Below, in pieces: positions 20,608 through 29,208 of a stretch of DNA of 64,000 nt. Source of the DNA: a bacterium (GTDB lineage: Bacteria; UBA8248); the NCBI GenBank assembly GCA_965207065.1, contig OZ242260.1, forward strand, positions 2,112,001 to 2,176,000, given 5' to 3'. The position numbers and the translations under genes are program-made. The first letter of the stretch is position 1, and each line of letters begins with the position of its first letter. Under the pieces are notes generated by a model. The model was not told where the DNA came from. It worked only from the letters and a program-made list of their open reading frames with translations, and did no database searches.

Positions 20608-21525
20608 TTAGCGGGTTTTGAGTATTTTCTTGATGAAGGGGATGACCCACTTCGCGATGTTAGGGTGTGTAAGTGATTCGAATGGGCCCTGATTTTTAAT
20701 CTTCTGCAGTTCCGCACTCCCGCCATTTTCCACGATTGCTTTCAGGAAATCCTCGGCCCCGCCGATCTTGTAGGGCCCTCCTTTGCTGTGGAGAAGCAAT
20801 ACCGCGGCCTTAACCTTATCCGCCATCCGGATGGGGGAGCGCTCTCGGTAGGCATCCTCTTTTTGAGCGGGCGTACCGCCGAGCAGCGCGCGTATTCTGC
20901 TCTTTTGTTTTTGGGATAAGAAAGCGTAGGTTTTTCCCAGGTCGTAAAATCCGTTTTCAAGAATGAGACCCGAAATCTTCGCTCTCCTCGTCGCCGCTAG
21001 GGCGGCGGTCGAAGCGCCTTGTCCGATCCCGTAGACGTAAATACCGTCTTTTCTGACACCCTCAATTGAGGTTAGATAACGGACTGCGCCCAGCGTGGCC
21101 TGCACGCTTTTGGGTCCTGCGAAATCTTCCGGCCCGGTAGATGCGCCGAAACCGGGCAGCGAGATGCTCATCAGGATGAAACCGTCATGTACGTGATCCA
21201 GCATGGCGCGTCTGAATCTTTGGGCCCGGGCGTCCGCTCCGTGGAGGAGGAGAATCGCCGGGTAGCGTTTTTCGGGAGAATGCGCTCTGTCAGGTGGCCA
21301 GACGGCATATGCCTCCACGCGGCCCCAGGAAAATTCCGTGAACCATTCGCGGATTATCTCGCCACGAGGGGTTTTCGTCTCATGGTCTGTGGCGCATCCT
21401 GCGAGCAGAAACGTTGAAACGAGGAGAAAAAAAACGCTGGGAAGGAAATTTTTCGAGATATTTTTTAAGCTCACAACCAGTCCTTTTCGCCTTGGCGCAA
21501 GTGGAGGGCCAAGGCATTCGGCCAT
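20608..21525 (-). CDS. Alpha/beta-hydrolase (S9-like) lipoprotein, catalytic residues apparently lost
   Basis: Lipobox LLAGC; PAILLLHG, SLPGFGASTG, ERSPI...VLLLH; nucleophile elbow reads GIGQG; true start probably slightly downstream of 21525. Confidence 0.8.
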   Translation of the reverse strand: MAECLGPPLAPRRKGLVVSLKNISKNFLPSVFFLLVSTFLLAGCATDHETKTPRGEIIREWFTEFSWGRVEAYAVWPPDRAHSPEKRYPAILLLHGADARAQRFRRAMLDHVHDGFILMSISLPGFGASTGPEDFAGPKSVQATLGAVRYLTSIEGVRKDGIYVYGIGQGASTAALAATRRAKISGLILENGFYDLGKTYAFLSQKQKSRIRALLGGTPAQKEDAYRERSPIRMADKVKAAVLLLHSKGGPYKIGGAEDFLKAIVENGGSAELQKIKNQGPFESLTHPNIAKWVIPFIKKILKTR

Positions 21526-21605
21526 CAGGAATGAATGAAAAACATAAATAATGGCATCTTAACACACTGAAAAAATGGAACTAGACATATCACAGTGGAA
21601 AATGG

Positions 21606-21634
21606 TTGCAATTTTTTTATTTTCGTATTATATT
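21606..21634 (+). promoter_or_regulatory. Sigma70-type promoter in an AT-rich intergenic region
   Basis: TTGCAA, 17 nt spacer, TATATT. Confidence 0.5.
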
Positions 21635-21791
21635 CGTCTTATTGGAGGATATAAAAATTCTCCAGACTGCAACATTTTTTTAACATAATTTTAACACAAA
21701 ATGTAGTGCGAAAATGTATGAGAGGTACTATATATAGACTAAAGAACCATTCTCCTCTAAGTAGGAGGAGAAGCTTTAAAGGAGGCCCGTC

Positions 21792-22013
21792 ATGGCGATA
21801 GAAACTCAAAGACCCGGATATAAGACACATGGGACGAGCCAGACCTCGAAGCGCATTCACCAAGCCTGCATGCGGAATCTCGCCCTCTATTTGCAAGGTC
21901 AAATCTCTTATGAGGATTGGCGAAGCCGACAAGAGGAACTCGAATCGAGACTTACGCCCGCGCCCGAACTTCCCTTCGAAACATGGGAGCCCAAAACCCC
22001 CGAGGCCGCCTGA
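21792..22013 (+). CDS. Small hypothetical protein (73 aa)
   Basis: Strong RBS AAAGGAGG before the ATG; upstream promoter; lies in an otherwise empty gap. Confidence 0.6.
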   Translation: MAIETQRPGYKTHGTSQTSKRIHQACMRNLALYLQGQISYEDWRSRQEELESRLTPAPELPFETWEPKTPEAA

Positions 22014-22418
22014 TTCCCACCCTCGCCTGAGCACAACGGTCCAGGCAAGCGCATAACTTCTCCCTGATGCGCTTACGCCGCTTTCTCCGCTCGGTCCTGC
22101 TGTCAGCGGGGCATCGCCCGTAGGCGGCATGAGGGATGGGGAGAATCAGGAAAACAATCTTTTACTCCCAATTGGCTTATACTTTCACGATGCCATGGAG
22201 AGAAATCCCATTTTCGTCATGCGGGTGGAATGGCGTAAATCTTTGTTTTGACAACTTGCACTTAGCCACAGCAGGTGATAGGGTTTGGTGTCTTTTCCTG
22301 CAACAGGTGTGGGAAAAAGATTTGTGGGTATGCAAGACGAATGAAGAATCCCTTCCAAGAGACGCTCCATTCATCATTACATCCCCTCAACTTAGTCTCT
22401 TTTCTTTAGAGGAAACGT

Positions 22419-22622
22419 ATGTCAACAGGTACAGTGAAGTGGTTCAACGATGCAAAAGGGTATGGTTTCATCACACCCGAAGATGGTGGTGAGGATCTGT
22501 TTGTTCATCACACGGCTATCCAGGCGGAGGGATTCAAATCCTTGAGCGAGGACGATAAGGTTACCTACGAAGTGGCCCAGGGTCCCAAAGGGCTCCAGGC
22601 GCAAAACGTCGTCAAGCTCTAA
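22419..22622 (+). CDS. cspA: Cold-shock protein
   Basis: [34 protein letters not shown]. Confidence 0.98.
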   Translation: MSTGTVKWFNDAKGYGFITPEDGGEDLFVHHTAIQAEGFKSLSEDDKVTYEVAQGPKGLQAQNVVKL

Positions 22623-22642
22623 CGCATTACCCGGCGTTTAAG

Positions 22643-22678
22643 AAAAGTGGTGGCCGGTTTCCGGCCACCACTTTTTTT
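22643..22678 (+). terminator. Rho-independent terminator (possibly bidirectional) after cspA
   Basis: AAAAGTGGTGGCCGG-TTT-CCGGCCACCACTTTTTTT, perfect stem. Confidence 0.9.
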
Positions 22679-22751
22679 CGCCTCGGACTTTCCCATCTTC
22701 TCCCTCCCAATGTAATCTGCGCCTCAGTTTTCACAAAATGAGGATTTTCCG

Positions 22752-24791
22752 ATGAAGCGTCCCGCGCTCGAGATGAGAAGAAACATCGGCATCATCTCCC
22801 ACATCGACGCAGGAAAAACAACGACCACCGAGCGCATGCTGTTCTACTCCGGAGCCGTGCACCGGATTGGGGAGGTGGATGAGGGTTCGGCCACCATGGA
22901 CTGGATGAGCCAGGAGCGCGAACGCGGCATCACCATCACCTCAGCGGCCATCACCACAACCTGGGCGGAACATGAGATCACCATCATCGATACTCCAGGC
23001 CACGTGGATTTCACGATCGAAGTAGAAAGAAGCCTGCGCGTGCTTGATGGCGCAATCGCAATCTTCAGTGCGGTGGAAGGCGTAGAGCCGCAGAGCGAGA
23101 CCGTATGGCGGCAAGCGGATAAGTTCGGCGTGCCCAGGCTCGCCTTCATCAACAAGCTGGATCGCATGGGTGCGGATTTCGAGAGAACCGTCGAAATGAT
23201 GGTCGAAAAATTAGGCGCGCGGCCTGTGCTCATGCACTGGCCCGACGGGGAGGGTGAGGATTATACGGGCCAGGTGGAGGCGCTGAGTGGTGATTTCCTC
23301 ACCTGGGAGGGAAGAGAACTCCGTCGAAATGAACTCCCAGATACGCTCCAGGAGAAAGCACAGGAGTTGAAAGAAGCCCTTATCGAGGCGGTGGCGGATC
23401 ATGACGAGTCCGTGATGGAGGCGTATCTCGAAGGGCGCGCCGTCGACGCAGAAACGCTCAAGGCGGGCTTGCGGAGCGCCGTGCTCTCGGGCGAACTCGT
23501 GCCTGTTTTTTGCGGGTCATCCCTGAAGAACAAAGGGGTGCAGCCACTGCTGGATGCTGTGGTGGATTATTTGCCCTCCCCGGTGGATGCGCCGCCCGCG
23601 ATCGGTTTTGCTCCGGGTGAAAATGAGCCAATCACCCGTCCGCCCGCCCAAGATGCGCCTTTCTCCGCTCTGGTCTTCAAGGTTCAAATCGATGGGGGCA
23701 GGCGACTCACTTATCTGCGGGTGTACAGCGGCAGTGCCAAGGTGGGCGAGAGCCTCTGGAACCCCGCAAGGGGAGACAGCGAACGTTTCGCCCGGTTGTT
23801 CAGGATGTATTCTCACAAGCGCGAGCGTCTCGACGCCGTGGGGCCGGGAGACATCGTCGCGGCGGCGGGCATGAAGGAAGCAGCTACGGGCGATACCCTT
23901 TGTGACCGCAAAGAGCCGATTGCCTACGAGTCGATTCTCGCGCCTCAGCCCGTCATCTCGGTTGCGATCGAACCCAGGGACGCCACGGGGACCAAGAAGC
24001 TGGGCGAGACTCTGGCGAAACTCCAGGCGGAAGACCCGACGTTTCAGGTGAGAGTGGATTCCGAATCCGGCCAGACGGTGATGAGCGGCATGGGTGAGCT
24101 TCATCTGGAGGTGCTCACACGTCGGATAGACGAGGACTTCGGCGTGAACGTGCGGGTCGGCGCGCCTCGCGTAGTCTACCGCGAGACGTTAGCAAAAAAA
24201 GCCGAGGCGGACGCCACCTTCGACAGGGAATTGGCCGGCGAGCCTCAGTTCGCAAGGGTGCGCGTGGGTGTAGCCCCCAGACCCGGCGGAGGCGTCTCGT
24301 GCAAGAGTGCGGTGGACGACACGGCTGTTCCTGAAAATCTGATTGCGGCTGCGTTGGATTCGCTCCGGGCGTCTACTTCGAGCGGCGCCATGGCGGGCTA
24401 TGAGATGACCGACGTGAGCGTCACCTTGCTCGAGGCGGACTATGACGCGGAGTGCGCCACGGAGGCCGCCTTCTCCATCGCGGCGGCGAACGCATTCACC
24501 GAAGCCTGCCGCGCCGCTGGCGGAAAGCTTTTAGAACCCGTCATGTCGGTGGAAGTCGTGGCGACCGGTGAGTTTCTGGGCGGAATCATCGGCGACATCA
24601 ACGCGCGTGACGGAAAAGTCTCCGGCGTGGAAGAGCGCGGCGGTGCGTCACCTGTGAGCGTGGTGCGCGCATCCGTGCCGCTCGCCAAAGTGTTCGGTTA
24701 CGCCACCTCCCTGCGTTCCGCCACCCAGGGCCGCGCCACCTATACCATGCGCTTTTCCCACTACGCCCCCTGTGAGATGGCCGGGGTGTAG
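22752..24791 (+). CDS. fusA: Elongation factor G paralogue (EF-G2 type)
   Basis: HIDAGKTT, ERGITI, DTPGHVDF, NKLD, GMGELHLE, LLEPVM; outside the str operon; domain IV loops diverged. Confidence 0.93.
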   Translation: MKRPALEMRRNIGIISHIDAGKTTTTERMLFYSGAVHRIGEVDEGSATMDWMSQERERGITITSAAITTTWAEHEITIIDTPGHVDFTIEVERSLRVLDGAIAIFSAVEGVEPQSETVWRQADKFGVPRLAFINKLDRMGADFERTVEMMVEKLGARPVLMHWPDGEGEDYTGQVEALSGDFLTWEGRELRRNELPDTLQEKAQELKEALIEAVADHDESVMEAYLEGRAVDAETLKAGLRSAVLSGELVPVFCGSSLKNKGVQPLLDAVVDYLPSPVDAPPAIGFAPGENEPITRPPAQDAPFSALVFKVQIDGGRRLTYLRVYSGSAKVGESLWNPARGDSERFARLFRMYSHKRERLDAVGPGDIVAAAGMKEAATGDTLCDRKEPIAYESILAPQPVISVAIEPRDATGTKKLGETLAKLQAEDPTFQVRVDSESGQTVMSGMGELHLEVLTRRIDEDFGVNVRVGAPRVVYRETLAKKAEADATFDRELAGEPQFARVRVGVAPRPGGGVSCKSAVDDTAVPENLIAAALDSLRASTSSGAMAGYEMTDVSVTLLEADYDAECATEAAFSIAAANAFTEACRAAGGKLLEPVMSVEVVATGEFLGGIIGDINARDGKVSGVEERGGASPVSVVRASVPLAKVFGYATSLRSATQGRATYTMRFSHYAPCEMAGV

Positions 24792-24838
24792 ATTTTTCCT
24801 TCTGAAAGCTTCGTTTCAGGTGTAAAGGCGCATTCTGG

Positions 24839-25720
24839 ATGACCACCATCACCCTCTCGGTTCTCTTCTCGCTCTCCACGGCGCTCGTGGTCGGCTCCTT
24901 CACCCTGTTCGTGAGAAGCGGGCAGCGGCACGCGAACGCGGTGTCGGGCGTTCTCATCGGGCTTATCGTATCCATGCCGCCGCTGCTCGTTGGCGCGGTC
25001 TGGATGTGGGAGCCCGCCCACTACCAACCTTTGGGCTGGCTCTTCTTCGCACTGGCCGGTATCGCGGGGCCCGCCGTGGGCAGGGTGTGTTTCTTTCATT
25101 CGATTCATCTGATGGGCGTGGCGCGCGCGGTGCCGCTCAATTCCACCATGCCGCTTTTCTCTGCGATAGCCGGCATATATGTCCTGGGCGAGAAACCGGG
25201 GCTGTATATTCTGGCGGGTACGGTGCTCATTGTCTTGGGGTGTATGGGGATCACCGCGAGAAGAGGGGAGTCCCAGCCCATTCGGGGAGAATACCTGCTC
25301 ATCGCGCTCGGGAGCGCGGTTTTCTTCTCCATCTCGCACATGTTGCGAAAACTCGGCGTGGGCGCGTCGCCCAACCCGTTTCTGGGCATATCGATCATGA
25401 GCATCGCGGGTGGGGTGTTCCTCTATATCTCCGGGCAGTATCTGCCGCGTGGATTGAGGCCTTCTCTGATGGTGAAAAAAGCGTGGGTGACCTACAGCAT
25501 CGGCGGCTTGCTGAACACCCTTTCTGTTCTCCTGCATCTTTACGGCCTTCACTACGGAGACCTCACCATCGTGATCCCTCTCGCCGCCACCGCACCCTTG
25601 TGGGCGCTGCTGCTCACGGCCATTTTCTTGCGCAAACTCGAGCGCATCACCTGGCCGATCCTTCTGGGCACGGTAGCGGTAGTCGTAGGAGGCGCGCTCG
25701 TGGCCGGCCGTGCGCTGTAA
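24839..25720 (+). CDS. DMT/EamA family transporter
   Basis: About 10 TM helices in two repeats; VLGEKP, FLRKLERIT; paralogous to 28307-29188. Confidence 0.88.
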   Translation: MTTITLSVLFSLSTALVVGSFTLFVRSGQRHANAVSGVLIGLIVSMPPLLVGAVWMWEPAHYQPLGWLFFALAGIAGPAVGRVCFFHSIHLMGVARAVPLNSTMPLFSAIAGIYVLGEKPGLYILAGTVLIVLGCMGITARRGESQPIRGEYLLIALGSAVFFSISHMLRKLGVGASPNPFLGISIMSIAGGVFLYISGQYLPRGLRPSLMVKKAWVTYSIGGLLNTLSVLLHLYGLHYGDLTIVIPLAATAPLWALLLTAIFLRKLERITWPILLGTVAVVVGGALVAGRAL

Positions 25721-25806
25721 CGAAGCAGGGTCCGCTTCTTTCTGTTATATTGGTAACGGTTCCAGATTATTCCGGAGCGTCGCCTAGCCAACTCTTGAGT
25801 GTCCAC

Positions 25807-26202
25807 ATGGGCGTTTCGCAAAAGTTTATATCGTTAGGTTTGGCATCCCTTTTTCTCCTTGTTCTGGCCGCATCCGGCAACCATCGGGTGCACCACCTGG
25901 AGCAGGAGGTTCAGACCCTCCTGGGGCATTCCGCGAATGCACATCACGCGCATGAAAATCACGAGGGGCATCATCACGGGGATCACCCAGATGATGCCGG
26001 ACAGGTACATAGCACCTGCGTACTGGCGACAGCGGGACAATGGGCGCAAGACAATAAGGCGGATGACCTGGTCCTTATCCATGCAGCGAATGAGGCGAAC
26101 CCACTGTTTCTTCAGGAAATTTTTCTTGTGCGCGATTCCTTGTTTTTCAACCTCTCTCCGCGCGCCCCGCCTATTCCTCTCCTCTCGTTCGCCAGTCTGT
26201 AA
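25807..26202 (+). CDS. His-rich exported leader protein with a C-terminal RAPP motif (DUF2946/CruR/CutF-like architecture)
   Basis: 131 aa from ATG 25807 (3' part of track ORF 25006..26202); hydrophobic N-terminus, 14 His, Cys71, R119-A-P-P122 at 26161-26172. Confidence 0.75.
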   Translation: MGVSQKFISLGLASLFLLVLAASGNHRVHHLEQEVQTLLGHSANAHHAHENHEGHHHGDHPDDAGQVHSTCVLATAGQWAQDNKADDLVLIHAANEANPLFLQEIFLVRDSLFFNLSPRAPPIPLLSFASL

Positions 26203-26261
26203 TTTTTCGCTACAGGAAAAGAATCTGCGCCCTGCGAGGCTCCTTTTGAGGGAGGGTGGAT

Positions 26262-26687
26262 ATGAAATCCATTTTCAAGGTTTTTTGTGCTTTCGCGCTG
26301 ATCTTTATTTTTCAGGCAATGCCCGCCCAGAGTGCGGGTAAAGATGGTACTCATCAAGGGGGGAAATCCCCGGTAAAAAGCAAGGAGATGAGCGGCATCA
26401 CGCTCCAGATCGCCGGTGGGAAGATCAAAGGCAACAAAAAAGTGGTTCGCGTGAAGCAAGGCGATGAAGTCAAGCTGAATCTGATGGCCGATAAAACAAC
26501 GGAAGTCCATCTCCACGGTTACGACATCGAAAAAACCGTCTCCCCGGGCCGGGTGAACGTGATGGCGTTTCGGGCCAGAGTGGCGGGCCGGTTTCCCGTA
26601 ACGGAACACGGATCTCACTCCCACGGGAAGAAAAAAAGCGGGGGCCATGGTGAGAAGGTGCTCTTCTACCTGGAGGTGCACCCATGA
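26262..26687 (+). CDS. Periplasmic cupredoxin-like, His-rich putative metal-binding protein
   Basis: Signal peptide; VRVKQGDEVKL, EVHLHGYD, GRFPVTEHGSHSHG, YLEVHP; GGAGGG RBS. Confidence 0.75.
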   Translation: MKSIFKVFCAFALIFIFQAMPAQSAGKDGTHQGGKSPVKSKEMSGITLQIAGGKIKGNKKVVRVKQGDEVKLNLMADKTTEVHLHGYDIEKTVSPGRVNVMAFRARVAGRFPVTEHGSHSHGKKKSGGHGEKVLFYLEVHP

Positions 26688-26700
26688 CGAGGATGATCCC

Positions 26701-28152
26701 ATGAGCTTTTTTATCCGGGGACTTTGGCTCGCAGCCGCTGTTGTTTTTCTCCCAACCATCGCGTCGGCGCATGGGTTCGGACAAAGGTATGACCTGCCCG
26801 TGCCGCTGGGTTTGTTCATGCTCGGGGCGGGTGCATCCGTGGTCCTTTCGTTTCTGGGCATGGGGCTTTTCGTGCGCAAAAAACATGATAGTGTGGACTA
26901 TCCGAGTTGTGACCTTCTCACCTCCCCCCTTTTCGCGTGGATGGGAAATCGAGTATTTCTCTCGGTCATAAGAGTGCTTTCAGTTGTTATGTTCTGCGTG
27001 ACACTGGTGGCGGGCTTCTGGGGGAGTGAAAACCCGGATAAGAATATCGTGCCGACCATGGTCTGGATCATCTGGTGGGTGGGACTGGCATATGTGTGCG
27101 CGCTGGCGGGGAATCTGTGGTCGCTGGTAAATCCATGGAGCGTCATATTTTCCTGGGCGGAGGCGCTGTACAAGAAAATCAAGCCCGGCGCTTCCCTATC
27201 GCCCGCGCAACCGTTCTCCGAACGCCCGGGCGTGTGGCCGGCTGTGGGTTTGTTCCTGTGGTTCGCTTGGGCTGAGATTGTCTGGCCGCACAACGACCTC
27301 CCCCGCAACCTCGCAGTCGCCACCCTTGGGTATTCCATCATCACATGGGCGGGTATGTACCTGTACGGTAAAGATGCGTGGCTCGAGCGCGGGGAGGCGT
27401 TTTCCATCTTATTCGGCGTGATGGGCCGATTCTCGATCACCGAGGCTCGCACGAGTGGAACCGGAAGAAGTGAATGGCGAATGAGGCCGCCGGCAGTGGG
27501 CCTTCTGAACACAGACGGCATGAGCAACTCCATGGTGGTGTTCGTGGTGTTGATGCTGGCGACGGTGAGTTTCGACGGTTTTACCGAAACGCCGCTTTGG
27601 CACCAAATTCGCGCAGGGTTATACGAGGTGGTCATCTGGATTGGGCGCGACGCTCTGCTGGTGGCGGATACCATCGCGCTCATCGCAGCTCCGGGGCTGT
27701 TCCTGGGCGTATATTACCTGTTCTGCATTCTGATGCGCGCCATGAGCGGGAGCACGCTCTCCACGGGGGAATTCGCGCGCCTGTTCGTGCTCTCGCTGGT
27801 TCCCATCGCGATTGGATACCACGTGGCGCATTATTTCTCCTTTCTCTTCATTCAGGGACAACGCATCATCCCGCTGTTGTCGGATCCCTTCGGAGTGGGC
27901 TGGAACCTGTGGGGAACCGCCTCTTATAAGATCGACATCGGGATCATCGGCGCGAAGGCGACCTGGTATGCTTCGATCGCCGCAATCGTCATCGGCCATA
28001 TATGCGCGGTTTACCTGGCGCATGTGACGGCGCTGCGCGCACTCGAGAACCGTTTCGCCGCCGTGCGCAGCCAATATCCGATGCTCGTTCTCATGGTGGG
28101 CTACACCATGGTGAGCTTGTGGATCATCGCACAACCTATTACAGGGGGCTGA
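26701..28152 (+). CDS. Conserved integral membrane protein (often labelled fenitrothion hydrolase-like), putative metal transport
   Basis: Signal peptide ending ASA-HGFGQRYDLPVPL; about 11 TM helices; SFDGF, PIAIGYHVAHYF, SDPFG.GWNL.GT, IGHICAVYLAH, SQYPM. Confidence 0.8.
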   Translation: MSFFIRGLWLAAAVVFLPTIASAHGFGQRYDLPVPLGLFMLGAGASVVLSFLGMGLFVRKKHDSVDYPSCDLLTSPLFAWMGNRVFLSVIRVLSVVMFCVTLVAGFWGSENPDKNIVPTMVWIIWWVGLAYVCALAGNLWSLVNPWSVIFSWAEALYKKIKPGASLSPAQPFSERPGVWPAVGLFLWFAWAEIVWPHNDLPRNLAVATLGYSIITWAGMYLYGKDAWLERGEAFSILFGVMGRFSITEARTSGTGRSEWRMRPPAVGLLNTDGMSNSMVVFVVLMLATVSFDGFTETPLWHQIRAGLYEVVIWIGRDALLVADTIALIAAPGLFLGVYYLFCILMRAMSGSTLSTGEFARLFVLSLVPIAIGYHVAHYFSFLFIQGQRIIPLLSDPFGVGWNLWGTASYKIDIGIIGAKATWYASIAAIVIGHICAVYLAHVTALRALENRFAAVRSQYPMLVLMVGYTMVSLWIIAQPITGG

Positions 28153-28306
28153 CGACCTGCGGGCGAACTGGCAGTAAATTTCAGAGCTCTTGCGCTGCAG
28201 TCACTCGCCTCAACATGGCTTTGTCCCCGCTCCTCTGATATGACATCACCCTTGCGCCATTTTTTATTCATAAATTCTTTCCTTTTTTTAGGCCGGGGGA
28301 TGCTCC

Positions 28307-29188
28307 ATGAACGATGCGCTGCTGGCGGCGGGGTTCGCCCTGGGTACCGCATCGATGTCCTCGGCCTTCAGCCTCATCGCCAGACGCGGGCAGCAGCATG
28401 GCACAGCCATAACGGGTGTCGTAATCGGCCTGATTGTGAATGTCCCCTGGCTGGTGGCGCTGACCATCCTCACCTGGGAGCCCGCCTATTGGAGTTCGGA
28501 GGCCTGGTTCTGGTTCTTCTTGTCGGGCATCACGGGGCCCTCGCTCGGCCGCGTGTTCATGTTCCGGGCGATACATCGACTGGGCGTCTCACGTGCGGTT
28601 CCCCTCCTGGCGGCCAATCCGCTTTTTTCAGCCGGTTTCGCCTATATCTTTCTGGGTGAGCGGCCGGGGCCTTACGTGTGGGCGGGAATTTTCCTGGTTG
28701 TTTTAGGCTGTGTGGGAATTACCTATCAGCGCAAAAGCGACGCTCCCTGGGACAGGCGCGCCATCTGGCTGCCGCTATTGTCCGTTTTGGGGTTTTCCAC
28801 GTCGAACATTTTCAGAAAAATCGGGATCGAGGTTGTTCCTTCCGCACTGCTCGGCATCACGCTCACCAGTTTTTTCGGTTTGGTGGCGCTGGTCGCGGTT
28901 TTGTGGTTTCTGCCCAAACCCCAGCGTCCCTCTCTGAAATGGGGAAAAGCCTGGCATTTCTATGGACCCTGCGGACTCATTAACACGCTGGCGTTTTTGA
29001 GTCATTTCGCTGCTTTGAAGTATGGGGATATTTCGGTCGTGTCACCGCTTTCTTCCACGGCGCCGCTTTTCGCGCTCTTTTACTCCTGGATATTTCTGCG
29101 CGATATGGAGCGTATCACGCTTCCCATATTGCTGGGGACGGTCTGCGTCGTCGCGGGAGGAGTGATCATCGCCTTGAAAGCGATGTAG
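28307..29188 (+). CDS. DMT/EamA family transporter
   Basis: About 10 TM helices; FLGERP, FLRDMERIT; paralogue of 24839-25720. Confidence 0.88.
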   Translation: MNDALLAAGFALGTASMSSAFSLIARRGQQHGTAITGVVIGLIVNVPWLVALTILTWEPAYWSSEAWFWFFLSGITGPSLGRVFMFRAIHRLGVSRAVPLLAANPLFSAGFAYIFLGERPGPYVWAGIFLVVLGCVGITYQRKSDAPWDRRAIWLPLLSVLGFSTSNIFRKIGIEVVPSALLGITLTSFFGLVALVAVLWFLPKPQRPSLKWGKAWHFYGPCGLINTLAFLSHFAALKYGDISVVSPLSSTAPLFALFYSWIFLRDMERITLPILLGTVCVVAGGVIIALKAM

Positions 29189-29208
29189 CGCGTCGTCTTG
29201 CTTAAGGC

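Noticed and set aside
21540-21790. AT-rich tract as a replication origin
   Set aside because: No clustered DnaA boxes (TTATCCACA) or origin-associated genes seen
25006-25806. 5' part of the 398-aa track ORF
   Set aside because: Overlaps the EamA gene out of frame; only the portion from ATG 25807 looks like a real protein
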